From: Nitrospirota bacterium
GTDB lineage: Bacteria; Nitrospirota; UBA9217
DNA length: 64,000 bases
Assembly (NCBI GenBank): GCA_963796285.1
Contig: CAWCKW010000012.1
Location: forward strand, 1,600,001-1,664,000
Direction of reading: 5' to 3'
This document shows positions 21,322 through 30,818 of this stretch, one piece after another; the stretch's first letter is position 1; each line of letters starts with the position of its first letter. A model generated the notes under the pieces. That model had not been told where the DNA came from. It worked only from the letters and a program-made list of their open reading frames with translations, and searched no databases. The position numbers and the translations under genes were made by a program.

Positions 21322-21954
21322 TTATTTATCATCCCACTTCGTCGGCATGACGATATTTCTAAGTTTGAGCCACCAACGCTCCCGCTCCGTCAACAGTTCC
21401 GGGCCGAAGATATTCTTCATTTTTATGAGCGACAGGCGATCAGCCAGACCGACGAGTTCGGTGAAGCAATGACCGATCAGAGGGATGCTTCCCGTATGGA
21501 GTGCTGAGGCCAGGTCCACCACGAATACTTTCCCGTCAACAAATAGAATATTTGTCCGACGGTGCAGATCGAGATGCACCCAGCCGCGCTTATGCAGTTC
21601 ACCTACGATCCGTTCGAACTGGCGTATAACCTCCGGCCCAAGTTCGCCCCGCTCAAAACCGCCAAGGTCCTTACCCTCAAGATACTCGATGGCAAGAGAA
21701 CAAGGAGATAGACGCTTGACGCGAGGCGGCAGCCCCTCGACCCCGCTGAGCGCCTTGTAGGCCCTCGACTCTCGACCGATCACAATGCGGCCGATGAGAT
21801 TCCGTTCCCAGAAACCTTTTTGCGAATAGTCCTTCACAACATACCGGCGCCCCTCGGACCGTGTGATAAACACATCGGCCTTCGTGAATCGGCCCTTGAT
21901 CAGGACCTTCTCGAGATTCGCGATCGCTTCGTCATAAGTCAGACTGGTATGCAT
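21322..21954 (-). CDS. Protein-kinase-like (RIO/Kdo-like) protein
   Basis: VVKDY, RESRAY, HKRGWVHLDLHRRTNIL, VVDLASA. Confidence 0.75.
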   Translation of the reverse strand: MHTSLTYDEAIANLEKVLIKGRFTKADVFITRSEGRRYVVKDYSQKGFWERNLIGRIVIGRESRAYKALSGVEGLPPRVKRLSPCSLAIEYLEGKDLGGFERGELGPEVIRQFERIVGELHKRGWVHLDLHRRTNILFVDGKVFVVDLASALHTGSIPLIGHCFTELVGLADRLSLIKMKNIFGPELLTERERWWLKLRNIVMPTKWDDK

Positions 21955-22182
21955 CGTTTGTGTGCGCCGTGAAAAAGTTTCATCATGTTAGAAATACACC
22001 GGGAAAGAGACAAGGACGTTAGCGGCAGGTCAAAAGCCTCCTGTCCGGCTGACAGAAGGCTTTGGTGTAACATCATGGTCGATATCGGATCAATGTTTTT
22101 TCAGGATGGTCAGAATGCTTTCAGACGTTACCTTACTCTGTGTACAAGCCTGAACCTCCCTTTGGATATGCCTATCAGTATT

Positions 22183-23673
22183 TTACTTCTTAAAATCCTG
22201 CAAGAACCCCGTCAGGAGACGCACGCCGATGCCTGTCGCGCCCTTGGGTGTGTAGGGCCGTTCCTTCTCGGTCCAGGCCATCGCAGCGATGTCAAGGTGC
22301 ACCCACGGATACTTCTGCACGAATTTCGAGAGGAGCGCCGCGGCCGTGATCACGCCGCCCGCCCTGCCGCCGGTGTTCTTCATGTCCGCTATGTCGCTCT
22401 TGATCAGCTCGTAGTATTCATCCCAGAGTGGCAATTCCCAAACGCGTTCTCCGGTCCTGTCGCCTGCTGCGCGCATCTGCTGCTTGAAGCGGTCATCAGT
22501 GCCGAGCATGCCGATGGCCTCGTTGCCCAACGCGATGGAGCAGGCTCCGGTGAGCGTGGCGATGTCCACGATCACCGCGGGTTTATATCGACACGCATAC
22601 GTAAGCGCATCGGAAAGAATGAGCCTGCCTTCCGCGTCCGTATTCAAAATTTCTATGGTCCGGCCGGACATGGTGCGGAGCACATCGCCGGGCTTGAACG
22701 CGCTGCCGCTCGGCATATTCTCGGTTACCGGGAGCAAGCCGACGATGTTGAGCGGCAACTTGAGCGCCGCGGCATTCCGGATCGCTCCGAGCACGGCCGC
22801 GCCTCCGGACATATCATCCTTCATCTTGTCCATGTTCTCGGCGGGCTTGATAGAGATGCCGCCGGAGTCGAACGTGATGGCCTTGCCTACGAGCGCGATA
22901 AAGGGCTTCGTGCCGCCCTTCCGGTACTCGACAATAACAAACTTCGGAGGCTGCGCGCTGCCCGCGGCAACACCAAGCAGTGCCCCCATGCCGAGCCGCC
23001 TCATCTGGTCCTTTTCAAGGACCTGGAGCTTGAGCCCGAATTGCCGCGCGATCTCTTTCGCCTTGGTCGCGATGACCGACGGCGTCATATCGGCTGGCGG
23101 CGAACTCACCATGTCCCGCGCCATGATGGTGGACTCGGCAATGACATTGCCGACCTTCACACCCTTCTGCATGGCCCTGACCGCACCGCTGGATTCCGTC
23201 AAGAGGGTGATCGTCAAAGGGTCTTTCTCGCGCTCATTCTGTTCATTGGTTTTATATTTCAGGAACCGGTAGAGCCCCAGCACGCTGCCCTCAGAAAGCG
23301 CCTGTCCCAGCTCTTCAGAATCAAGACCGATCCCATCAGTGACGATCGTGATGCGCTGTGCACCGGCGCTTCTCAACGCAGGCGCTGCCTTGCCCGCGGC
23401 CTGCCGAAGGCGATTACCCGTGAACTCGCTCCGTTTGCCCAATCCCACAAGTAGCAGCCGTTCAGCAGGAAGCCGGCCTTCAGGGTAGAGAAGATGGACC
23501 GCTCCGCTTTTAGGTTTAAACTCACCCTTCCTGATAAGACGCGAGATCATGCCTCCAAGTACTTTATCAACCCGTTCGGCAACCTTGCCTGGCTTCTCAT
23601 TTTCAAAAATCGGAATGACCGCGGCATTGGTCGCATGCTTCTCTATTTTCCCCGCAAGAACATTGATCTTCAT
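22183..23673 (-). CDS. pepA: Leucyl aminopeptidase (M17)
   Basis: VGKAITFDSGG, MKDDMSG, NTDAEGRL, DIATLTGA. Confidence 0.97.
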   Translation of the reverse strand: MKINVLAGKIEKHATNAAVIPIFENEKPGKVAERVDKVLGGMISRLIRKGEFKPKSGAVHLLYPEGRLPAERLLLVGLGKRSEFTGNRLRQAAGKAAPALRSAGAQRITIVTDGIGLDSEELGQALSEGSVLGLYRFLKYKTNEQNEREKDPLTITLLTESSGAVRAMQKGVKVGNVIAESTIMARDMVSSPPADMTPSVIATKAKEIARQFGLKLQVLEKDQMRRLGMGALLGVAAGSAQPPKFVIVEYRKGGTKPFIALVGKAITFDSGGISIKPAENMDKMKDDMSGGAAVLGAIRNAAALKLPLNIVGLLPVTENMPSGSAFKPGDVLRTMSGRTIEILNTDAEGRLILSDALTYACRYKPAVIVDIATLTGACSIALGNEAIGMLGTDDRFKQQMRAAGDRTGERVWELPLWDEYYELIKSDIADMKNTGGRAGGVITAAALLSKFVQKYPWVHLDIAAMAWTEKERPYTPKGATGIGVRLLTGFLQDFKK

Positions 23674-23849
23674 AGGTACCTACTCTGCATAAATTGCTGG
23701 CCACAGACACAGGGAGCGAGAATAACGGGACGCTGTCATAAAAAAACTTCACATCTTTATCCGAGTCTAAAAATCTCTTTCGTCCTTGTGTACTCTGCTG
23801 AGTCCTCTGCCGATGACCGGTGTGCCCCTGAACACTGCAACAATCGGTT

Positions 23850-24557
23850 TTAATCTTTTCTCAACACGACCGGTTCGAGACCTTCGAGCGTAAGTTTGCG
23901 CGCTGCCTGTTCAGCACGGTCTTCGGAAGCGTACGTTCCCACCTGTACCCGATAGAATCTGGCAATGTTTGTTTCAAAAGGCACGATCGAGACCATCCCG
24001 AACCTTGTATTCAGCCGCTCCTTCAGCATCCGCGCGTTCTCTTCCTCAGTAAAGACGGCCGCCTGCACCGTGTACTGCGCTGGATCACGCACTGCCTCAA
24101 TCGTCTCGATCTTTACCCGTGCGGTCCCCTGCGACACAAAGCCCAGCTCTTTGGCCGCTCCATAGGAAAGGTCCAGAAATCGGCTCTTGAAGAACGGCCC
24201 CCGGTCGTTTATTCTTACGGTGATGCTCTTGAAATTATCGAGGTTGGTAACGCGGACAAACGTTCCGAGCGGCAGGGTCCGGTGCGCGGCCGAAAGGCCA
24301 TACATATCGAAGACTTCTCCATTTGCTGTCTGCTTGCCATGGAGTTCCTTGCCGTACCAGGAAGCTATTCCCGTCTCACGGTAGTTCGCTTCCTGTACCG
24401 GTGGTGACGGTACCGGTACCTCAACAGGTGACGGCGCTACGGCGGCAACGGGGGCCGGCGGTACCTGCCCGCCCGCGCAGGCAACGAGCAGCGCTAGGGA
24501 CAGCAGGAGTCCAGTTCCGAAAAGCCGTACACCATTTAAGGGAGGACAGAACCGCAT
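23850..24557 (-). CDS. rlpA: Septal ring lytic transglycosylase RlpA with SPOR domain
   Basis: Lipobox LVAC, GIASWYG..HGKQTANGE, AAHRTLP, RINDRGPF, C-terminal SPOR. Confidence 0.94.
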   Translation of the reverse strand: MRFCPPLNGVRLFGTGLLLSLALLVACAGGQVPPAPVAAVAPSPVEVPVPSPPVQEANYRETGIASWYGKELHGKQTANGEVFDMYGLSAAHRTLPLGTFVRVTNLDNFKSITVRINDRGPFFKSRFLDLSYGAAKELGFVSQGTARVKIETIEAVRDPAQYTVQAAVFTEEENARMLKERLNTRFGMVSIVPFETNIARFYRVQVGTYASEDRAEQAARKLTLEGLEPVVLRKD

Positions 24558-24570
24558 GCCGGGATACGGA

Positions 24571-24786
24571 TTAAGCAGTCGCGGCAGGTGTCGCGTCGCC
24601 GGCTTTCTTGCCTGATGACTTGTATGCCTTGGCCGTGCGAAGTTTCCGCTGAGCCCGTTTCACCTGTTTGCGCGCCTTGCGTGCTACCGGATCAGCATTG
24701 CCTGCAGCTTTCGAAGTTTTCTCCACGGCAACTTGTTTCAGCTTTTTGATCTTCTCTTGCAACTTTTCCTGATTAACCTTGATCAC
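24571..24786 (-). CDS. Small very basic hypothetical protein
   Basis: GAGGAG RBS, GTG start, 71 aa rich in K/A/R. Confidence 0.65.
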   Translation of the reverse strand: MIKVNQEKLQEKIKKLKQVAVEKTSKAAGNADPVARKARKQVKRAQRKLRTAKAYKSSGKKAGDATPAATA

Positions 24787-24956
24787 GTATACTCCTCCTC
24801 AAAAATATTGGATATTTCTAGACCGACATCGAACACTAATAATAGACAAAAGTCCTCTCGAAATCAAGCTATTTCGTCGTTTTTGTTGTGTCCGTTTTCT
24901 TCGAAGGGATATCTGCGGGAAATGATGGGGGCTACGGGACCACGGCATGCTGAAAC

Positions 24957-24993
24957 AAAAAAAGGGAGTCACCCTTGATCAAGATGACTCCCT
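24957..24993 (-). terminator. Intrinsic terminator
   Basis: AGGGAGTCA-N13-TGACTCCCT with T7 on the minus strand. Confidence 0.75.
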
Positions 24994-25009
24994 GCGGATG
25001 GTTCCTAAA

Positions 25010-25291
25010 TTAGCAACCTACTGCTGCTTTCGCCTTTGCCGCCTTTACGCTCGTTACTATGCCCTTCTCAACCGTGATCATTACCTTTTCGCCGGCACTC
25101 ACTTTGCCGAGGTCAACGGTCTTGTCAACGTGCATCGTCTCGTCCTTACCGCTATCAGCGGTGACGACAATCGTGCCGGCCTTTGCATCTACGCTCTTGA
25201 TGGTGCCCTTCATGGCATCAGCTGCAAACACCAGAGAAACCAGAGAAACAACGAGAACCACTGCTGCAATAACTGCTGCTACCTTTTTCAT
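25010..25291 (-). CDS. Small secreted OB-fold-like protein ending in AAVGC
   Basis: AAGGAGG RBS, signal peptide (VFA-A), GTIKSVD..GTIVV..GEKV pattern. Confidence 0.75.
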   Translation of the reverse strand: MKKVAAVIAAVVLVVSLVSLVFAADAMKGTIKSVDAKAGTIVVTADSGKDETMHVDKTVDLGKVSAGEKVMITVEKGIVTSVKAAKAKAAVGC

Positions 25292-25655
25292 GTATTCTAA
25301 TCCTCCTTTAGTGGATTGCAAAATCAGTGAGCGCCATGATACCATCTATTACAAAAATATCAAATTTAATTTTTAAATGATATCATTTGAATAGTTCCTA
25401 GCCATTCATGGTACTTTCCATGCTTTCCTCCCATTCCGGTGTGCTATATGGCTAAGGATGGGATAATCGATCATTAATCATCGGATAAACCTCAAAAAAT
25501 ATTCGTTTTCCTCTTTATCTCTCTCGTTACCTCTGATATACTTTTTCAGAATTCACTGTATCAATACTGTTTTGTTTGTTACACGGATTCCGTCCCTGGC
25601 GGGAGTGCAAATTTCACATCGGGACCATAATTCATTCTCGAGGACTGGCAAATTA

Positions 25656-26135
25656 ATGAAAATCATCAATATCACAATAATCAACAATCTTCTGAATAAA
25701 GCCGATGCTTCCATCAGGAGAAGGTCGAATTATAATATCCATGATTCTGCTCAGGATCCGATACAACGTTACCTCGTTGCGTCTAAAATTGATTCCTATT
25801 TTCGGCCGCACCGGCATCAATCAAAGTCCGAGCTGGCCTTTGTTATACGCGGAAAATTTGATTTGCTGATCTTTGACGATAGCGCTCGTATTACTGATAG
25901 AATATCGCTGGGATCCGATTCGGAGAACATGGGCTTTGAATTGCCTCCCAATGTTTGGCACTCATGGTTACCGATGATCGATGATTCAATTTTCCTTGAA
26001 GTGAAAGAAGGGCCATATGATCCGACATCAGGCCTCGAGTTCGCAGGTTGGTCACCACCCGAAGGTGATGTCAGGGTTTCTGACTTTCTGTTTAAAATGA
26101 GGGGATTGACAGTCGGTGACAGTGCTGCCACGTAA
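25656..26135 (+). CDS. WbuC-family cupin-fold protein
   Basis: RRRSNYNIH..DPIQR, YFRPHRH..E, PPNVWHS, EVKEGPY..FAGWSPPE. Confidence 0.85.
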   Translation: MKIINITIINNLLNKADASIRRRSNYNIHDSAQDPIQRYLVASKIDSYFRPHRHQSKSELAFVIRGKFDLLIFDDSARITDRISLGSDSENMGFELPPNVWHSWLPMIDDSIFLEVKEGPYDPTSGLEFAGWSPPEGDVRVSDFLFKMRGLTVGDSAAT

Positions 26136-26316
26136 ACCGGCCGTAAGGATCGTAATGAAAGCACACCAACTCAGGGATACGTGACATTTCCTGATGATGT
26201 GCAAATCTTCACGAATAAGGAAATCAGTTTTTCCCCGTGTAACCGCTGCATTTACCCTGGCTCAAGAACCTCCGGGAACTGGCGGCCACTACCTCGTCCA
26301 GGGAGGTTAGTGCAAC

Positions 26317-26355
26317 AAAAAAGGCGCTGTCAATAATCCGGACAACACCTTTTTT
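26317..26355 (-). terminator. Intrinsic (possibly bidirectional) terminator after apt
   Basis: Minus strand AAAAAAGGTGTTGTC-N9-GACAGCGCCTTTTTT. Confidence 0.7.
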
Positions 26356-26378
26356 CTCGATTCGTTATTTTCCTTAGC

Positions 26379-26912
26379 CTACTCCCCCTCAAATTCCGTA
26401 AGGGAAAATACCTTATACCCCTTCTCTTCCAGTTTCTTGCGTCCCCCTACTTCCGGGAGGTCCACAATGAAGGACATTTCCACTACTTTTGCACCGAGTT
26501 TCTCTACAAGCGCGGCAGAGGCCAGAGCAGTCCCGCCTGTGGCAAGGAGGTCGTCTACGAGCAGTACTCGCTCCCCTTTCTTCAGCGCATCCTTGTGGAT
26601 CTCGATCTTGTCCGTGCCGTATTCAAGAGCATATTCCTGAGAAACGACCTCGGCCGGCAGCTTGCCTTTCTTGCGGATGGGGATGAAACCCTTCCCGAGT
26701 GTGTACGCCAGCGCCGCTCCTATGATAAAACCGCGTGACTCGATGCCTACGATCGTATCGAACTGAAAGTCCGAATGGATATACCGCTGGGTAAGACTGT
26801 CAATGACCAACCGGAACCCCACAGGGTCCTTGATGAGGGTCGTGATATCGCGGAACATGATCCCTTTTTTTGGATAATCCGGAATGGTCCTGATCTTTGA
26901 CTTGATCGGCAT
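26379..26912 (-). CDS. apt: Adenine phosphoribosyltransferase
   Basis: FRDITTL, RKKGKLP, LEYG, VDDLLATGGT. Confidence 0.97.
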   Translation of the reverse strand: MPIKSKIRTIPDYPKKGIMFRDITTLIKDPVGFRLVIDSLTQRYIHSDFQFDTIVGIESRGFIIGAALAYTLGKGFIPIRKKGKLPAEVVSQEYALEYGTDKIEIHKDALKKGERVLLVDDLLATGGTALASAALVEKLGAKVVEMSFIVDLPEVGGRKKLEEKGYKVFSLTEFEGE

Positions 26913-26940
26913 GGCTAAAACTCCTTTTAGAAGGGACTTT

Positions 26941-27001
26941 CAGGATGGACAGAATAACAAAGAACGGGAGCCTAGATTCTTGTAAATTCTGTCATCCTGT
27001 C
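26941..27001. repeat. Palindromic intergenic element CAGGATGGACAGAAT...ATTCTGTCATCCTG
   Basis: Imperfect inverted arms around a spacer of about 30 nt. Confidence 0.6.
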
Positions 27002-27012
27002 AAAATATTTTT

Positions 27013-27594
27013 TCAACAGGGGTCGTCTTCGACATCTCCCAATTCTTTATATTGTTCCACGCCTATCCGATACAGGTCTCCGCCGTAGATATCGTTCACC
27101 ACCACGGCAGGGAAGTCCTCGACATCCAGCCGCATCACCGCCTCGGTCCCCAGTTCGGGGTAAGCGATCACTTCGGCTTTGCGTATCGCCTTTGAGATAA
27201 GAGCGCCCGCGCCGCCGATCGCGGCAAAATAAACAGCCTTGTGTTTCTTGATGGCGTCCTTCACTGCCTGCCCGCGCGGCCCCTTGCCGATCATGCCTTT
27301 GAGGCCCAGTTCGAGCAGATACGGCGTGTACTTGTCCATGCGGTAGCTCGTGGTGGGTCCGGCTGAACCTATCGGCTTGCCTGGCGGTGCCGGGGTCGGC
27401 CCTGTGTAATAAAGGATCTGGTCTTTAAGATCGAAGGGCGGCTTCTCGCCCTTCTTGTGTCCTTCAACAAGGAACTTGTGCGCCATGTCCCTGCCGGTAT
27501 ACATGACGCCGGTGATAAGCACACGGTCGCCGGCTTTGAGCCTCTCGATGATATCGTTGTCCAAGGGAGTATGAAGGACTATAGGTTCAGCCAT
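27013..27594 (-). CDS. Fe-S fumarate/tartrate hydratase beta subunit
   Basis: TGRDMAH, GSAGPTTSYRMD, MIGKG. Confidence 0.93.
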   Translation of the reverse strand: MAEPIVLHTPLDNDIIERLKAGDRVLITGVMYTGRDMAHKFLVEGHKKGEKPPFDLKDQILYYTGPTPAPPGKPIGSAGPTTSYRMDKYTPYLLELGLKGMIGKGPRGQAVKDAIKKHKAVYFAAIGGAGALISKAIRKAEVIAYPELGTEAVMRLDVEDFPAVVVNDIYGGDLYRIGVEQYKELGDVEDDPC

Positions 27595-27657
27595 ATATCA
27601 CCATGTGTTGCGTGGGTAACAAATAGTTACTTTCTGTTTTCATTCCGCATTCCGCGA

Positions 27658-28497
27658 TCATAAAATGATCGTCTTATGCCTTGCCGCGTGGCAATTTATG
27701 TTCACCGCGACCGGCAAGCTTGCGATATGGCAGGGGAAACTTTCGACGTGAACTGCCATGGCAGTCACCTTGCCGCCGAACCCTTCAGGGCCGATGCCTG
27801 TCTTGTTCACGGTCTTGAGCAGCGTTTCTTCCAGGCTTGCCAGCTCGAGTTTCGGATTCGGGCTTCCGACAGGCCGGAGGAGCGCTTTTTTCGCAAGCAG
27901 CGCGGCCTTCTCGAAACTTCCGCCGATGCCCACGCCGATCACCACGGGCGGGCAAGGATTTGCGCCGGCCTTTTGCACGCATTCGAGCACAAAGTTCCGG
28001 ATGCCCTCCACCCCATCGGTGGGCCGCAGCATACGGATCACGCTCATATTCTCGCTCCCCGCGCCTTTGGGCATGAACGAGATCTTGAGCTTGTCTCCGG
28101 GCACCAGTTCGGTGTAGACAATGGCAGGTGTGTTGTCGCCGGTGTTCTTGCGCGTGATCGGATCGACCACGGACTTCCGGAGATAACCTTCTTTGTATCC
28201 CTTGCGCACACCCTCGTTGATCGCATCGACGATGAAGCCGTTCTTGATCCTGAGGTCTTGTCCGATCTCGGCAAAAAAGATGGCAATGCCCGTGTCCTGG
28301 CAGATGGGGATGTGTTCATCCTTTGCGATACGGGCGTTCTCCTTCAGGAGTTCTATGATCTCCCGGGCCTCGGGACTCGTCTCGGTCTCGATCGCCCGGT
28401 CAAAGGCAGTGAGCACGTCCTCGCTCAGATTGTACGCCGCGTCGATGCAGATCTGCGCGACATTATCCCTGATCTCGTCTACATGAATTTCGCGCAT
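27658..28497 (-). CDS. Fe-S fumarate/tartrate hydratase alpha subunit
   Basis: [27 protein letters not shown]. Confidence 0.94.
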   Translation of the reverse strand: MREIHVDEIRDNVAQICIDAAYNLSEDVLTAFDRAIETETSPEAREIIELLKENARIAKDEHIPICQDTGIAIFFAEIGQDLRIKNGFIVDAINEGVRKGYKEGYLRKSVVDPITRKNTGDNTPAIVYTELVPGDKLKISFMPKGAGSENMSVIRMLRPTDGVEGIRNFVLECVQKAGANPCPPVVIGVGIGGSFEKAALLAKKALLRPVGSPNPKLELASLEETLLKTVNKTGIGPEGFGGKVTAMAVHVESFPCHIASLPVAVNINCHAARHKTIIL

Positions 28498-29402
28498 CCT
28501 TGCCTCACCGCCTCTACGGACTTCATGAACGCCGCCTTTTCATCAGAGCTCAGCTTGATCTCCACCACCTGCTCCACACCCTTTTCCCCGAGCTTCACCG
28601 GCACGCCGGAGAACATCCCCTTCACACCGTACTCGCCGTCAAGGTACGCGGAGCAGGGAAGAATCTTCTTCTTGTCCAGCAGCACGGCCTCGACCATCTC
28701 GAGCGTGGCCGCCGCCGGTGCATAGTAGGCGCTGCCGGTCTTGAGCAGGGCAACGATCTCCGCCCCGCCGTTGCGCGTGCGGTCGACGAGCTTGTCGATC
28801 GTTTCTTTGCTCATCAATTCCGTGATCGGTATGCCCGCGACTGATGAATAGCGCGGCAACGGCACCATGGTGTCGCCGTGTCCACCGAGCACAAAGGCAT
28901 GGGTGTTCTCCACGGACACACCGAGCTCCATGGCGATGAACGCGCGGAACCGCGCTGAATCAAGCACCCCTCCCATGCCGATCACCCGCTCCCGGGGGAA
29001 GCCGCAGGCCTTCATCGCAACGAAGGCCATCACGTCCATGGGGTTCGTGACCACGATCATGAACGCCCGGGGTGAACGCTTGCCCGTCTCTTCAGCCACT
29101 TTTTTCACGATGTCGCCGTTCGCCGCAAGAAGATCATCGCGGCTCATGCCCGGCTTCCGCGCCAGTCCGGCGGTGATCACGATGATATCGGACCCCGCGG
29201 TCTCGTCATATCCGTTCGTTCCCGTGATCTTCGAATCGTACCCGAGCACCGGTCCCGATTCCATCAGGTCCAGCGACTTGCCCAGCGGCACGCCTTCCGC
29301 CACATCCATCATCACGACATCCGCGAGCCGGGTCTCCGCGATCCGCTGGACCAGGGTCGCGCCCACATGGCCCGCACCGACAACCGTCACTTTCTTGCGC
29401 AC
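28479..29402 (-). CDS. mdh: Malate dehydrogenase (LDH-like)
   Basis: [38 protein letters not shown]. Confidence 0.96.
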   Translation of the reverse strand: MRKKVTVVGAGHVGATLVQRIAETRLADVVMMDVAEGVPLGKSLDLMESGPVLGYDSKITGTNGYDETAGSDIIVITAGLARKPGMSRDDLLAANGDIVKKVAEETGKRSPRAFMIVVTNPMDVMAFVAMKACGFPRERVIGMGGVLDSARFRAFIAMELGVSVENTHAFVLGGHGDTMVPLPRYSSVAGIPITELMSKETIDKLVDRTRNGGAEIVALLKTGSAYYAPAAATLEMVEAVLLDKKKILPCSAYLDGEYGVKGMFSGVPVKLGEKGVEQVVEIKLSSDEKAAFMKSVEAVRQGCAKFM

Positions 29403-29470
29403 GTACCTACCTCCAGGTATTCACATTGGTTTAAACAGTTCAAAACGATTGACCGGTTCGAACCGTATCA

Positions 29471-30748
29471 CTACAATTTCGTTATTTTCACCTTGCTGAT
29501 CTTCCTGCCTTCCAGCTCCAAGACCTCGAGTTTGAGGTTCTTATATTTGAGCTGTTCGCCCACCTTCGGCATCCTGCCGAAAAGACCGAACACGTACCCG
29601 CCGAGAGTATTGAAGTCGGTTGACTGGAGGTCGGCATCGAGCAGTTCGTTCACTTCGTTCAGCGCCGATTGGCCCGAGACCACGAAATTTTTCTCATCCA
29701 CGATCTGGACTTCCTTGGTCCCGGCCTCGAGTTCATCGTGGATGCTGCCAACGATCTCCTCGATCAGATCTTCAAGCGTCACGAGCCCCGCGGTCCCGCC
29801 GTATTCGTCGATGACAATGGCGAGCTGGAACCGGTTGCGCTGCATTTCCGACAGGAGCTCGCTCACCCGTTTATTCTCGGGGATAAAGTAAGCGGGCCTG
29901 ATGAACCGCTTGATATCATCTTCGCGTTTTACTTCGCCTGATGCCATCGCTACAAGTATGTCTTTGATATACAGGATACCGATCACTGTGTCCACGGTGT
30001 CCTCGATCACGGGGTAGCGTGAATAGCCGAACTCCGACACCAGGGCCAGGACCTCCTGCAGCGTCACGCTCGAGGGGACGCTTACGATCTCGGTCCTCGG
30101 CCTCATTGCCTCCGATGCCAGGGTATCGCCGAACTCAAAGACCTTATGGAGCAGCTCTTTCTCCTCTTCCTTGAGCGAGCCACGCTCTTCGCCGAGATTG
30201 ATCAGGGCCTTGATGTCCTCTTCCGTAACCACGGCGGTGCAGGACATTCCCTGCGGTCCCGGTCCGGCGACCAGGTCCGCCGTTGCGGCAAGCAGCCGGG
30301 ACAGCGGCGACAGGAGCTTTACAACGAGCTGCAGCGGAGCGGAGACAGCGAGTACAAAGCGGTCCGGATTCCTGCAGGCGATCCCCTTTGGAGCAAGCTT
30401 GGCAAAACACACGATGGCAAGGGTTACGATAAGCACGGTAACCATGGCTGCCAGCGGTATCTGCGGGATCAGATGTGCGGTAACGACCATGCTCAAGACC
30501 GCCGTGAGGACGATGAAAAAATTCTCGGCGAGCAGCAGCGTGGAGTGAAGACGGTCGCGCTCCCCCAATAGCAGGAGGACAGTCCCTGCCCGCTTATCGC
30601 CCGATTCCGACAATTCTTGGATGTGTGACTTGTTGGAAAACACAATAGCGGTTTCCGCGGCCCCAAAAAAAGCAGCGAAAAGAATGCTTGCGCCTGCGCC
30701 AACAACCAGCGGCCAGGAGTCGGATATGAATGCGATAAAGGTGTCCAT
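29471..30748 (-). CDS. CNNM/CorC-HlyC family CBS-domain membrane protein
   Basis: FFGAAETA, MRPRTEI, YSRYPV, DEYGGTAGLVTLEDLIEEIVG. Confidence 0.92.
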   Translation of the reverse strand: MDTFIAFISDSWPLVVGAGASILFAAFFGAAETAIVFSNKSHIQELSESGDKRAGTVLLLLGERDRLHSTLLLAENFFIVLTAVLSMVVTAHLIPQIPLAAMVTVLIVTLAIVCFAKLAPKGIACRNPDRFVLAVSAPLQLVVKLLSPLSRLLAATADLVAGPGPQGMSCTAVVTEEDIKALINLGEERGSLKEEEKELLHKVFEFGDTLASEAMRPRTEIVSVPSSVTLQEVLALVSEFGYSRYPVIEDTVDTVIGILYIKDILVAMASGEVKREDDIKRFIRPAYFIPENKRVSELLSEMQRNRFQLAIVIDEYGGTAGLVTLEDLIEEIVGSIHDELEAGTKEVQIVDEKNFVVSGQSALNEVNELLDADLQSTDFNTLGGYVFGLFGRMPKVGEQLKYKNLKLEVLELEGRKISKVKITKL

Positions 30749-30750
30749 GT

Positions 30751-30811
30751 ATCGATTGCGGATTATGGATCGCGGAATGCGGATTTAAAATCCAAAATCC
30801 GAAATCCACAA
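30751..30811. repeat. Heptamer-arm palindromic element (GCGGATT / AATCCGA type)
   Basis: TGCGGAT TATGGAT CGCGGAA TGCGGAT ... AATCCAA AATCCGA AATCCAC. Confidence 0.7.
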
Positions 30812-30818
30812 TGCACGT

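Noticed and set aside
21985-23454. Long antisense ORFs (also 52219-53565, 11853-12773, 27676-28725, 33342-34358, 1963-2958)
   Set aside because: They are shadows of well-supported GC-rich genes on the opposite strand and show no motifs or RBS.
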